Source: Clostridia bacterium (GTDB lineage: Bacteria; Bacillota; Clostridia; Saccharofermentanales; DTU023). From it: a DNA stretch of 64,000 nt. Below the pieces are notes generated by a model that saw only the letters and a list, made by a program, of their open reading frames with translations, was not told where the DNA came from and searched no databases. A program made the translations under genes and the position numbers. The DNA is taken from positions 971-64,970 of the forward strand of contig JAXGOR010000004.1 in assembly GCA_040767365.1 (NCBI GenBank). Direction: 5' to 3'. This document shows positions 31,251-41,560 of this stretch, one piece after another (position 1 is the stretch's first letter; each line of letters opens with the position of its first letter).

Positions 31251-33068
31251 ATGACAGAGAAAAAGACCAGCGTAACCATTACCATAAATAACCGCCAGAT
31301 AGAGGCCCATCCCAATGAGACCGTCTTCCAGGCGGCCCACCGGTCGGGTATCCGGATCCCTTCCCTTTGCTACCTGAAAGACACCAATGAGATCGCCGCC
31401 TGCCGGCTCTGCGTGGCCGAGGTCGATGTCAAGGGCAGGCCCATGCGGGGTCTGCCGGCCACCTGCGTGCTCAAGGTCGAGGAAGGCATGAATGTCAAGA
31501 CCAACACCCGGGTGGTCCGGCAGGCCGTCCGGATGAATCTGGAACTGATCCTGGCCAACCACGATATGAACTGCCCCACCTGCCTCCGCAACGGGACCTG
31601 TGAACTCCAGGCCCTCTGCGAGGAGCGCGGGATCACGGGCGTCCGTTTTGAAGGGGCCAAGCGGCCGGTCACCATCGACCAGCTGTCCCCCTCCATCGTC
31701 CGTGACACCAGCAAGTGCATCCTTTGTGGCCGCTGTGTCAGCACCTGCAACAAGGTGCAGGGCCTGGGGGTCCTCTCCTTCACCAACCGGGGCTTTGATA
31801 CCGAGGTCGGCCCGGCCTTCGACTTCAGCATGAATGACGTCAACTGCGTCTACTGCGGCCAGTGCATTGAGGCCTGCCCGGTGGCGGCCCTCCACGAGCG
31901 CCGCCATATCGATGATGTCTGGGATGCCCTGGACGACCCCGACAAGGTGGTCGTGGTCCAGACGGCCCCTGCCGTCCGCGCCTCCCTCGGCGAGGAGTTC
32001 AGCTACCCGGTGGGAACCCCGGTGACAGGAAAGATGACGGCGGCCTTGCGGCAGATAGGCTTTGACTATGTCTTTGACACCAACTTCTCAGCCGACCTGA
32101 CCATCAGCGAAGAGGCCAATGAACTGCTCCACCGTCTGAGGACGGGCGGGACCCTGCCCATGATCACCTCCTGTTCGCCGGGCTGGATCCGCTTCTGTGA
32201 GATGTACCATCCCGACTTCCTGCCCAACCTCTCGACCTGCAAGTCGCCCCAGAATATGATGGGCGCCCTGGTCAAGTCCTATTTCGCCCAGATCAAGGGG
32301 CTGGATCCCGAAAAGATCGTGGTCGTCTCCTGCATGCCCTGTATCGCGAAGAAATCCGAGGCGGACCGGGATGAACTCGAGGTCGACGGGATCAGGGATG
32401 TTGATTTCTCCCTGACCACCCGGGAGCTGGGTGACATGATCAAGCAGGCCGGCATCGACTTCCACGAACTGAAGGATGAGGAGCCTGACAGCGTCCTGGG
32501 CGACTATACCGGCGCGGCCGTCATCTTCGGCGTGACGGGCGGGGTCATGGAGGCGGCCCTTCGTACGGCGGCCGATGTGCTGACGGGCGAGGACCTGCCC
32601 AATTTCGAGTATGAGGCCGTCCGGGGACTGGAAGGGGTCAAGGAGGCCTCGGTCACCCTGCCGCTTGACGGGGTCCCCACCGAACTGAAGGTGGTCGTCT
32701 GCTCCAGTGTCAAACAGGCTGACGCCGTCTTGAAGGCGGTGAGGAGGGGCGAGAAGGACTGCCATTTCATCGAGGTCATGGCCTGCCCCGGCGGCTGCAT
32801 CCACGGGGGCGGCCAGTCCTACGTGTCTGCCAGGGACCGGATGGATGCGGACCCCCGCCTGGCCCGGGCCAAGGCCCTCTACAGCGAGGACGAACGCCAG
32901 GTCATACGGAAGTCGCATCAGAACCCCGAGCTGGTCCAGCTGATCGAGCGCTTCCTCGGGCAGCCCAACAGCCCGGTAGCCCACAAGTATCTGCATACCC
33001 ACTACCAGGCCAGGACCTATTACGATCAGATGACCCGGGAGGAATGTCTTGAAGAAGGACTCCTCTAG
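31251..33068 (+). CDS. hydA: [FeFe]-hydrogenase catalytic subunit (group A, multi-F-cluster N-terminus)
   Basis: 605 aa. H-cluster motif L2 is MPCIAKKSE and L3 is EVMACPGGCIHGGGQ. L1 reads TSCSPGW (variant). Confidence 0.9.
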   Translation: MTEKKTSVTITINNRQIEAHPNETVFQAAHRSGIRIPSLCYLKDTNEIAACRLCVAEVDVKGRPMRGLPATCVLKVEEGMNVKTNTRVVRQAVRMNLELILANHDMNCPTCLRNGTCELQALCEERGITGVRFEGAKRPVTIDQLSPSIVRDTSKCILCGRCVSTCNKVQGLGVLSFTNRGFDTEVGPAFDFSMNDVNCVYCGQCIEACPVAALHERRHIDDVWDALDDPDKVVVVQTAPAVRASLGEEFSYPVGTPVTGKMTAALRQIGFDYVFDTNFSADLTISEEANELLHRLRTGGTLPMITSCSPGWIRFCEMYHPDFLPNLSTCKSPQNMMGALVKSYFAQIKGLDPEKIVVVSCMPCIAKKSEADRDELEVDGIRDVDFSLTTRELGDMIKQAGIDFHELKDEEPDSVLGDYTGAAVIFGVTGGVMEAALRTAADVLTGEDLPNFEYEAVRGLEGVKEASVTLPLDGVPTELKVVVCSSVKQADAVLKAVRRGEKDCHFIEVMACPGGCIHGGGQSYVSARDRMDADPRLARAKALYSEDERQVIRKSHQNPELVQLIERFLGQPNSPVAHKYLHTHYQARTYYDQMTREECLEEGLL

Positions 33069-33093
33069 GAAAGCAACCCTCTCAAGGGAAGAG

Positions 33094-33117
33094 AAAACGG
33101 CCCACCCGGGCCGTTTT
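33094..33117 (+). terminator. Intrinsic terminator of the hyd operon
   Basis: AAAACGGCCC-ACCC-GGGCCGTTTT. Confidence 0.75.
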
Positions 33118-33125
33118 CCTGACTT

Positions 33126-34070
33126 ATGGCCCAAGGGGCCCCTGGGCTTGTCCCAATGTATACCCTGACCGCCCTCTTCCTGGGTCTCCTCCTGGCCGTC
33201 ATGATCTTCATCAACGGCCAGCTGGCGCTGGCGGTCGGCGTCTTCCAGGCGGGGGCCCTGGCCCATGCCATCGGTGCCCTTTTTGCCCTGATCGCCTGCC
33301 TTCTGACCCGGCAAAAACCCCTGCCCCGGACCCGGTCCCCCTGGTGGTTCTACCTGGGCGGCGTCATCGGGGTGACCATGACCATCTTCAACAACCTGGC
33401 CTTCGGCAGGATAAGCCTGACCAGCATCATCGCCCTGGGCCTGCTGGGGCAGACCGCCGCCTCCCTGCTCATCGACGCGACAGGCTGGCTGGGGATGACC
33501 CGGCGGCCCTTCCGTAAATCGACCCTGGTCGGCCTGGCCTTCTGCCTGGCTGGCATCGCCCTCATGCTGGACCGGACCGTGGCCGGGACGGCCCCCGCCG
33601 TCTGGCTCTCCCTGGCGGCGGGCGTGGCCGTCGTCCTCTCCCGGTCCATCAACGCCCGCCTGGCCGAACGCGCGGGCGCCCTGCCGGGCTCCTTCATCAA
33701 TCACCTGGCAGGCCTGCCGGTCACCCTCCTGCTCGTGGCCGCCAGCCGGGAGGCGCTGCCCCTCTTCCCCGCCCTGTCCCTTGGCCGGTCCTGGATCTAT
33801 CTCGGCGGGGTCCTGGGCGTCGGGGTGGTCGTCCTCTTCAACATCCTGGTCCCCCGGATTTCCCAATTCAGCCTGACAGTCCTGGTCTTTGTCGGCCAGG
33901 TCCTGGCCGGTGTCCTCCTGGATCTTCTACAGGGGCATTTCAAGGCCGACGCCTCTTTTTTCGGCGGCCTCCTCATCGCGGCCGGTATCGCGCTCAACCT
34001 GGCCATCGAATATTTCTCCGGCAAAAAAACTGCCGGGGAAGCGCCGGATCCTAATCAAGGGTCTCCATAA
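33126..34070 (+). CDS. DMT family transporter (tandem DUF606/YdcZ-like halves)
   Basis: 314 aa with about 10 TM helices and two similar halves. The start could instead be the ATG at 33156. Confidence 0.6.
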   Translation: MAQGAPGLVPMYTLTALFLGLLLAVMIFINGQLALAVGVFQAGALAHAIGALFALIACLLTRQKPLPRTRSPWWFYLGGVIGVTMTIFNNLAFGRISLTSIIALGLLGQTAASLLIDATGWLGMTRRPFRKSTLVGLAFCLAGIALMLDRTVAGTAPAVWLSLAAGVAVVLSRSINARLAERAGALPGSFINHLAGLPVTLLLVAASREALPLFPALSLGRSWIYLGGVLGVGVVVLFNILVPRISQFSLTVLVFVGQVLAGVLLDLLQGHFKADASFFGGLLIAAGIALNLAIEYFSGKKTAGEAPDPNQGSP

Positions 34071-35382
34071 AGCGCTTGTAAAAGGAGAGCATATTGGCCA
34101 GGTTGCCAATGGACAGGCGCTCATCGGTCCCGTGCAGGAGGTCCAGGTCCTCGCCGGACAGGCGGAGGGGCTGGAAGCGGTAGACATCGTCGGCCAGGTC
34201 CTCATAGTGGCGGCTGTCCGTCCCGCCGGCCATGAGGTAGGGGATGACAACCGCGTCAGGGAAAACCTCCCCGATGGTCCTCGCGAGATGGGCGTAGGCG
34301 GGTGAATCGGTCGAGGCGATCCTGGAGGGCTCCTCGACGGCGATGGGCCTTACCTCATAGTTCATACCGGTCAACTCCCGCAGATGACTGAGGATCCCCG
34401 CGGTCGTGTCCCCCTGGAGGACCCGAAGATTGGCCGTGCAGACGGCTTCCTTGGGCAGGACATTGGGGGCCGAGCCACTTTGGCTCACGGTGAAGGCCAC
34501 GGTCGACCGCAGGAGGGCCGCCGTCTGCTTGTTCTTCAGCAGGGCCGGCTTGAGGAGGGGGAAGAAGAGGCGGGGCCTGGCCAGGACCTGGCCCTGGATA
34601 CCGGGCCGGAAGGGGGCCAGGTTCTGGAGCATCTTCTCGACCGTTTCCGTCAGCCGGACCGGGAGGGGACGGTTCTCCACCTTGTAGATGAACTCGGCCA
34701 TGTAGCCCAGGCTGGTGTGGGCAGGCGGTGTCGACGAATGTCCCTCCTCCCCGGTGAAGACAAACTCAAAGCTGGCGCTGGCCTTCTCAGCCAGGGCGAT
34801 GACGGCGACCGGCTCCCGGATCCCCATCACGGAACCGTCGGAGACCGCGCCCCCCTCATCCAGAACGAATTCGAAACGGATCTCTTTCTCCTCGAACCAT
34901 TCCACAATCTTCTTGGCCCCGAACCGGCCGTTGACCTCCTCGTCGAAGCCGAAGGCGATCCAGATATCCCGCTCCGGCTGGAAGCCCTCCTCCAGGAGCC
35001 ATTCGACGGTTTCCATAAGGCCGATGACCGTACTCTTGTTGTCGATGGCCCCCCTCCCCCAGACACAGCCATCGGCAATCACCCCTGAAAAGGGGCCTTC
35101 ATGGGTCCAACCCTCCTCCAGGGCCGGTACCACGTCATAGTGGGCCAAAAAGAGGGCGGGCCGCCGGTCCCCCTCCCGGCCCTTCCAGTGGTAGACCGGG
35201 CTGTAGCCGTTGATCATGGTCCGCTCGAGCCTGGCGTGGACCCCGGGGTAGGTCTTCTCGAGAAAGTCCAGGAAGGACTGGAAGACCGGAAGGTCCATGT
35301 CCTCCATCCGATGGTATGAGATCGAGGGGTAGCGGACGGCCTCCGCCAGTCGCCTGGCTGCCTCTTCAATTCTTGCTTCCAT
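34051..35382 (-). CDS. M20 family metallopeptidase
   Basis: 443 aa with …LFLAHYDVVP… and …GRGAIDNKS… motifs. SD AAGGAGG. Confidence 0.85.
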   Translation of the reverse strand: MEARIEEAARRLAEAVRYPSISYHRMEDMDLPVFQSFLDFLEKTYPGVHARLERTMINGYSPVYHWKGREGDRRPALFLAHYDVVPALEEGWTHEGPFSGVIADGCVWGRGAIDNKSTVIGLMETVEWLLEEGFQPERDIWIAFGFDEEVNGRFGAKKIVEWFEEKEIRFEFVLDEGGAVSDGSVMGIREPVAVIALAEKASASFEFVFTGEEGHSSTPPAHTSLGYMAEFIYKVENRPLPVRLTETVEKMLQNLAPFRPGIQGQVLARPRLFFPLLKPALLKNKQTAALLRSTVAFTVSQSGSAPNVLPKEAVCTANLRVLQGDTTAGILSHLRELTGMNYEVRPIAVEEPSRIASTDSPAYAHLARTIGEVFPDAVVIPYLMAGGTDSRHYEDLADDVYRFQPLRLSGEDLDLLHGTDERLSIGNLANMLSFYKRFMETLD

Positions 35383-35415
35383 TCATTGCCTCCTTAAGCC
35401 TTAGCCAATCCGGCC

Positions 35416-36837
35416 TCAAAGCCCTATGAAATAACCAAGGTAGAGCCAACCCAGACTTAGCAGGGCCAGCCCGAGCTGCAGGGGGATCTCCCAGCGCAGC
35501 CATTTTGTATAGCCAACGGGCGAAAAACCAAGGCCGATCATGAGGGCGGCATTGGTGGGATAGAGCAGGTTGGAGAAACCGTCACCGAAGAGGAAGGCCT
35601 GGACAGCCAGTTGCCTCGAGAGCCCGGTCACATCAACGATGGGCAGGAGGATGGGCAGGACGAGGAAGGCCTTGGCCGACCCCGACCCAATGAAGAAGTT
35701 CAGGGCCAGGATGAGGAGCCAGACCCCCAGGATGGCCAGGGGAGGGCTCAAGCCCCCCAGACGGCTGACCGCCTCGAAGAGGATGGTATCCATGACCCCG
35801 CCCCTGATGACGATCTGCTTGATGCTCAGGGCCATGAGGATCAAGGCCAGGGCGGGCGCGACCCCGAGCAGGCCCGACAGAAGCGCCCGGCCCGTCTCCT
35901 TCAGGGACAGGGTCCTGGCCAGGAGGACGCTGGTGACCGAACCGGCCAGAAAGAGGAGGGCGATCAGGGGGAAGCTGATATCGGAGAGGGCGCCGATGAA
36001 AAAGGAGGCGACCAGGAGGCCCAGGATGGCCAGCAGGAAGAAGGAAAAGATCCGGAGGGCCCGGTCGGCGCCGGCCGGGTAGGAAAGGCCTTCCTCCTCC
36101 TGGAGCTCACTGTCCTCCCGGTGGACCAGGGACCGGCTGGGATCTCTTTCGATCCGCCTGGCGTACCAGCGCAGGAAGAGCTGGACCAGGAAGAAGCTAC
36201 TGACGAAGATGAGCAACCGGTAGGGGGTGGCCGAGTAGAGGGGGAGGTCCGCCAATTTTTGGGCGACTCCCAGGGTGAAGGGGTTGAAGACAGCGGCCCC
36301 AAACCCAATTCCGGCTGATAAAAGGCTCATGCCGAGCCCTGTCAGGGAATCCCAGCCCATTTTTCGGGCCAGGATGAGGCAGAAGGGTACCAGGACGATC
36401 AGTTCCTCAAAGACACCAAAACAGGCGCCAAAGACCATGAAGAAGAGGCTGACGGCCGACAGGAGTCCGTACTTCCTCCCGGAAAAACGGGTGGTCAGCC
36501 GGTCCATGAGCCGCTCCACCATTCCGCTCCGGAGCAGGAGGGTGAAGCTGGCCCCCAGGAAGAGCAGGAAGATGAGGATGACCCAGACGACCGCCGCCCC
36601 CGGGGCCGCCAGGACCTCGAAGGGGGCCAGGAACCAGAGGTAGGCCGGGTAGGAGGGCTTGTCCGTATAGCGGAAGGAATCCTGGACGATCATCTCCCGG
36701 CCGTCAATGAAGGCGCGTTCGTAGGCCCCGGCCGGGAGGAACAGGGTCAGGAGGCCGGCCAGGATCATGAGGACAAGGAGGGTGGCAAGTGAAATCAGAT
36801 AGGAACGCTTCCCTATCCGGAGTGTTTGACCTTCCAT
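35416..36837 (-). CDS. YfcC family (DcuC-like) transporter
   Basis: 473 aa, polytopic, immediately upstream of the M20 peptidase gene. That pairing is common. Confidence 0.7.
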   Translation of the reverse strand: MEGQTLRIGKRSYLISLATLLVLMILAGLLTLFLPAGAYERAFIDGREMIVQDSFRYTDKPSYPAYLWFLAPFEVLAAPGAAVVWVILIFLLFLGASFTLLLRSGMVERLMDRLTTRFSGRKYGLLSAVSLFFMVFGACFGVFEELIVLVPFCLILARKMGWDSLTGLGMSLLSAGIGFGAAVFNPFTLGVAQKLADLPLYSATPYRLLIFVSSFFLVQLFLRWYARRIERDPSRSLVHREDSELQEEEGLSYPAGADRALRIFSFFLLAILGLLVASFFIGALSDISFPLIALLFLAGSVTSVLLARTLSLKETGRALLSGLLGVAPALALILMALSIKQIVIRGGVMDTILFEAVSRLGGLSPPLAILGVWLLILALNFFIGSGSAKAFLVLPILLPIVDVTGLSRQLAVQAFLFGDGFSNLLYPTNAALMIGLGFSPVGYTKWLRWEIPLQLGLALLSLGWLYLGYFIGL

Positions 36838-36879
36838 TGGGATACCCCCATCCTTTCCCGGCCCGGGGCCGGGAATGCC

Positions 36880-37179
36880 CTAATCGTGTCGGGCCGTCCG
36901 CCTGAAAAGCAAGAAGAGCCAAAAGGCCACCATGGCAGCGAGCAGGGCCAGGCCGGTCAAGAGAAAGAAGAGATTGATATTCTGCCCCGCGACGAGGGCC
37001 AGAAGGGCCAGGAGGAGGGCGAACAGGCTCAGGCCTATTACAAAGCGGCCAAAATTGGACGAAAGAAAGCGGGTCCTGAACCGAAGTTCCTCCGGTGTGA
37101 ATCCGGATTTTGCGGCCTTGCCCGGTCCCTTATTCCCCGCTGAAGATCTTTTGCCTGCCCTCTTCCCGCTTCCCGCCAT
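36880..37179 (-). CDS. hypothetical small membrane protein
   Basis: 99 aa with a Lys/Gly-rich N-terminus and two TM helices. SD GGGAGG lies 8 nt upstream. Confidence 0.45.
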   Translation of the reverse strand: MAGSGKRAGKRSSAGNKGPGKAAKSGFTPEELRFRTRFLSSNFGRFVIGLSLFALLLALLALVAGQNINLFFLLTGLALLAAMVAFWLFLLFRRTARHD

Positions 37180-37244
37180 GGTTTCCGCCTCCCGGCCCCA
37201 TGATACTATTATTTTGGCAATGACAAAAGAAAGGGTATTTCCTG

Positions 37245-39102
37245 ATGGACGGCATTACCGCGCACGCCTTAAGACCCGAATTGGACAGCCTGCTGGCCGG
37301 GTCGCAGATCGACCGGATCTCCATGGAGGACCGCCATACGCTTAAGCTCCTCCTCTTTGCCCCCGACAGGCGGAAATATTCCCTGAGTCTGGCCGCGAAT
37401 CCGTCGCGCCCCGGCCTTTCCCTGACCCTCCCGTCAGGGGGCCGCGGCCTGAATCCACCGCCGGCCTTTGTCATGTACCTGCGCAAACACCTGGGTCGCG
37501 CCCGCTTGCTGGCTGTCGAATCACCGCCCTGGGAAAGGGTTTTCAACTTCCGGTTCCTGGCCCTGGACGAGCTGGGCGATGAGCTGCCGCTGGAACTGGT
37601 CTTCGAGTGCATGCCCCGGACCGCCAACCTGATCCTCCTCAACCGGGACCAGGTCATTATGGGCGCCTTGCGGACCGTCGACCACAGGGTCAACCGCTAC
37701 CGGGAGATCCTCCCGGCCCACCCCTACCTCCCCCCGCCCCCCCAGAAGGGTCTGGAACCCCAGGCCTGCGTCGGGCTCCCTGCCCACGATTGGGAGGCGC
37801 GTCTGGACCCGGCCCTGCCCGTCGGCCGGGCCGTCTCGGGCGCCCTGGCCGGCTTCTCCCCCCGGCTCGGCAGGGAAGCCGCCTACCGGGCGGGTCTCGA
37901 CCCCAGCCTTCCCCTGAATGCCCTCAAGGAGGGGGAACGGGGGAAGCTGCGTGAGGCCGCCCTCTCCCTCTGCCGGGAGGCCCTTGACGGACCCCTGGCG
38001 CCCGCCATCTACTATGACGGGCCGGAGGGTCCCGCCCGGCGGCCGCTGGCGGTCCATGCCTCCCCTGACCCATCTTCCCTGGTCCGTCCCCTACCCCACC
38101 ATGACCCAGGCCCTGGCCAGCTACCAGGAGGAAACCGCCCGGCTGGACCGGTTCGACAGGCGGAGGAGGTCCCTGGCGAAACGGATTGGCGAACAGAGCA
38201 AGCGGGTCCAAAAAAGCGGCAGCTCCATGGAGGCGGACCTGGCCGAAGGGAGGGAGGCGGACCAGGACCGGCTGAAGGGGGAACTGATCCTGGCCTATCT
38301 CCACACCATCCCCCCGGGCGCTGAAAAGGTCGAGCTTGAGAACTATCACGAATCAGGCGCCCCGGTCTCCTGCGCCCTGGATCCCCGTTGGTCACCCGCG
38401 GAAAATGCCAACCGCTACTTTGCCCGGGCCAGACGGAAGGAGAGAAAACTCCAGGCGGCCGGCCGCCTCCTGGCCAAGGACCTGGACGAGCTTGCCTGGC
38501 TGGAGTCGCTGGCGGCGGCCACCGGCTACGCCGAGTCCGAGGAGGACCTCCTGGCCCTGGAACAGGAATACAGGGCCCGGCCGGAGAAGAAGGCAGGCAA
38601 GGAAGAGGAACCGGATCAGCGGGATTCGCTCCCCGGCCGGCCCGCCTCCAAAAAGAGACGGATGCGGCAGACCTTCGGGGACTACCGGAAAAAACAGGAC
38701 AGGACGCCCGCCCGCGGCAGCGGCCTGCCAGCCCCGCCCCGCGCCTTCAAGTCCTCTGACGGTTTCAGCCTGCTTTCCGGCCGCAACAACCTGCAAAATG
38801 ACAGCCTGCTCCGCAAGGCCGCCCGCCAGGACCTCTGGTTTCATGTCAAAAACCGGCCTGGCTCGCATGTGATCCTGGTCACCGGGGGCCGGCCCGTCCC
38901 CGACAGGGCCCTGGAGGAGGCCGCCGGCATCGCGGCCTGGTATTCGGATGCCGGCCGGTCGGGGGCCGCCCTGGAGGTCGATTACGCCCAGGTGGGGGAC
39001 GTAAAAAAAATCCCGGGCTCCCGGCCGGGAAATGTGACCTACGACAAATTCAAGACCCTCTATGTCCGGCCCCTGGACCCGGCTGACCTGGCCGGATCCT
39101 GA
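37245..39102 (+). pseudogene. rqcH: ribosome quality-control factor RqcH (FbpA/NFACT family), split by a frameshift near 38062-38065
   Basis: The NFACT-N half (MDGITAHALRPELDSLLAGSQIDRISMEDRHTLKLLL...) is in the frame of 37245. The coiled-coil and NFACT-R half (...FKSSDGFSLLSGRNNLQNDSLL...FHVKNRPGSHVIL...) is in the +1 frame of ORF 37918..39102. Confidence 0.75.
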
Positions 39103-39108
39103 GCCCGG

Positions 39109-39774
39109 TCATCCGCCCCCCTTGACCTCCTCCCAGGTCTCGGGATCGTAGAGCAGGGTCTCCTGGAAGCCCTGGTCCGACTTCAGGCATTCCCAGAGGG
39201 CCAGCTCCTCCTGCTCGCTGAGGATGGATTCCTGCCAGCTGGATTCGGCAAGCGAGACCAGGCAGCCACAGTATTTCTGCCGGTAGAGGCCCAGCTTCCT
39301 GGCCTTGGCCTGTCCCCGCCGGAATCCCTCCCGCCAGTCGTAGGGGATGAAGGTCAGTCCCTTTTCCCCGGCGGCCTTTCGGCCTTCCTCCAGGATCATG
39401 TTCCTCTCCTGGTAGGGGCTGACCAGGAGGGTACTGCTTATGGCGTCAAAGCCGTTTTCCACAGCCTCCCTGGCCACACAGGCCAGGCGTAGCTCATAGC
39501 AGTAGCGGCAGCGCTCCTCCCCCTCATCGGCCCGCCTGATCCATTCCCCCGCCAGGGAGCAGCCCCGGATCAGGAGGGAGACCCCATAATGCTCCGCCAC
39601 CTTCATGGTGTTCTCCAGCCGCCTCTGCCATTCAACCCCGGGATGGATGTTGGGATTGTAGAAGAGGAGGCTGACATCAACCCCCTCCTCCAGGAGGACC
39701 TCCAGCGGCCAGACGGCGCAGGGGCCACAACAGGTGTGAAGCAGGAGCTTCTTGAAGGAAGGCAAATCAGTCAT
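39109..39774 (-). CDS. queH: epoxyqueuosine reductase QueH
   Basis: 221 aa, [15 protein letters not shown]..., DUF208 family Cys pattern. Confidence 0.85.
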   Translation of the reverse strand: MTDLPSFKKLLLHTCCGPCAVWPLEVLLEEGVDVSLLFYNPNIHPGVEWQRRLENTMKVAEHYGVSLLIRGCSLAGEWIRRADEGEERCRYCYELRLACVAREAVENGFDAISSTLLVSPYQERNMILEEGRKAAGEKGLTFIPYDWREGFRRGQAKARKLGLYRQKYCGCLVSLAESSWQESILSEQEELALWECLKSDQGFQETLLYDPETWEEVKGGG

Positions 39775-40903
39775 TTGCCCTCTCCTCCCCGGAAGCCTCC
39801 AGGATCTCCTGGAGGGTGACCTGGTTCTCCGGCCCCCTCCTCTCCCCCTCCCGGCTTAGGTAGGGAAGGCCAAGGTGGTCGAAGCCGCCCCGGGTCAGGA
39901 TCCGGCCGCGCGGCGTCTTGGCGATGAAGCCGATCTGCATGAGATAGGGTTCGTAGATATCCTCAATGGTCACCGGGTCCTCCCCTGTCGAGGCCGCCAG
40001 GGTATCAAGACCGACCGGCCCACCGTCGTACATATCCGCCATGACCCGCATGATCAGGCGGTCGTTCCCGTCCAGGCCGATGGCATCGATGTCCAGGGCG
40101 GCCAGGCCCAGGTCACAGATCTCCCGGTTGATGACATTGTTGCCCTTGACCTGGGCATAGTCCCGCATACGGCGGAGGAGGCGGATGGCGACCCGGGGGG
40201 TCCCCCGGCAACGGGTGGAGAGCACTTCCAGGCCCTCCTGGTCGATACCCACCCCCAGGAGGGAGGCATAGCGCTGGAGGATCAGGGTAATCTCGTCGGG
40301 GGCGTAGAGGTCCAGGCGCTGGATCATACCAAAGCGGTCCCGGAGCGGGGAGGTCAAAAGTCCGGCCCGGGTCGTGGCTCCGATCAGGGTGAAGCGGGGG
40401 AGGTCGAGCCGGATGGAGCGGGCTGACGGCCCCTTCCCGATCATGATGTCCAGGCCGTAGTCCTCCATGGCGGGGTAGAGGACTTCCTCGACCGTCCGGT
40501 TCAGCCGGTGGATCTCATCGATAAAAAGAACGTCATGTTCCCTGAGATTGGTCAGGATGGCCGCCAGGTCCCCCTGCCTCTCGATGGCCGGCCCCGAGGT
40601 GATCCGCATCTCCACGCCCAGCTCATAGGCGATGATGCCGGCCAGGGTTGTCTTCCCCAGGCCGGGGGGGCCGTAGAGGAGTATATGATCCAGGGCTTCC
40701 TTCCGGCCCTTGGCGGCCTCGATGGCGATCCCCAGGTTGGCCTTGACCTTTTCCTGGCCGAAATACTCGGCCCAGCGCCGTGGCCGAAGCTGGGGTTCAT
40801 CGGTATCCCCGCTCAGGGCCTTCCGGGAGAGAACCCTCTCCTCCTCAAAGCAGTCCTCCTGCTCCTCCGACATAAAACTGTGAAATTCATACATGGCGGT
40901 CAC
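39767..40903 (-). CDS. ruvB: Holliday junction branch migration DNA helicase RuvB
   Basis: [14 protein letters not shown] Walker [11 protein letters not shown] and a RuvB C-terminal winged helix. Confidence 0.95.
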   Translation of the reverse strand: MTAMYEFHSFMSEEQEDCFEEERVLSRKALSGDTDEPQLRPRRWAEYFGQEKVKANLGIAIEAAKGRKEALDHILLYGPPGLGKTTLAGIIAYELGVEMRITSGPAIERQGDLAAILTNLREHDVLFIDEIHRLNRTVEEVLYPAMEDYGLDIMIGKGPSARSIRLDLPRFTLIGATTRAGLLTSPLRDRFGMIQRLDLYAPDEITLILQRYASLLGVGIDQEGLEVLSTRCRGTPRVAIRLLRRMRDYAQVKGNNVINREICDLGLAALDIDAIGLDGNDRLIMRVMADMYDGGPVGLDTLAASTGEDPVTIEDIYEPYLMQIGFIAKTPRGRILTRGGFDHLGLPYLSREGERRGPENQVTLQEILEASGEERAND

Positions 40904-40937
40904 CTGTCCCCCTCAGGATATCAAAAGGCCGGATCCC

Positions 40938-41549
40938 CTAAACAAGGGCCAGCAGTGAAAGGGCGCGTCTGAGCAGGGATTCGACCGAATCGTCCGCCTC
41001 CGGCCCGGCCCGCCGGATAGCGTCCACCGCCTCGCCAACACTGTAACCCAGCACCAGGAGGGCGGCCCTGACCTCAGCTACCGTATCATCGGCTTCGATC
41101 TGCTCCTCCCCCGTCAGGACAGTCGCGGGCGCCAGCTCGAAGCCAGCCTTTTTCAGCTTGTCCGTCAGCTCCAGGATCATGCGGGCGGCCCCCTTCCTGC
41201 CGATGCCCTTGACGCTGGTCAGACAGTCGACGTCACCTTGCAGGATGGCCAGGGCAAAGGCCTCCGGTGTCAGGCTGTCGACGATCTGCAGGGCCAGCTT
41301 GGGACCGACACCGCTGACGGTCTGGACCAGGGCGAAGAGGTTCTTCTCCTCCTCGCTGGTGAAACCGAAAAGGCCCATCTCATTCTCCCGGACATGCAGA
41401 TGGGTGAAGACCGTCAGGGTCTCACCGACAGCGGGCAGCCGGGCCACCATGCCGGCCGCCATATCGATATGGAAACCCAGGCCCCCCTGCTCCAGGATGA
41501 CGAAGTCCTCCGCCTTCCTTAACAACTTTCCCCTAATGCTGGCAATCAT
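40938..41549 (-). CDS. ruvA: Holliday junction branch migration protein RuvA
   Basis: MIASIRGKL..., HhH motifs (VSGVGPKLAL, VKGIGRKGAARM), 203 aa. Confidence 0.9.
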   Translation of the reverse strand: MIASIRGKLLRKAEDFVILEQGGLGFHIDMAAGMVARLPAVGETLTVFTHLHVRENEMGLFGFTSEEEKNLFALVQTVSGVGPKLALQIVDSLTPEAFALAILQGDVDCLTSVKGIGRKGAARMILELTDKLKKAGFELAPATVLTGEEQIEADDTVAEVRAALLVLGYSVGEAVDAIRRAGPEADDSVESLLRRALSLLALV

Positions 41550-41560
41550 ACCGGCTCCTT

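Noticed and set aside
37918-38324. Overlap of the two rqcH ORFs as a case of Sec recoding or programmed frameshifting.
   Set aside because: The halves are in different frames, so this is not stop-codon read-through. The junction is a plain C-run without a slippery heptamer or downstream structure. An indel or sequencing error is the simpler explanation.
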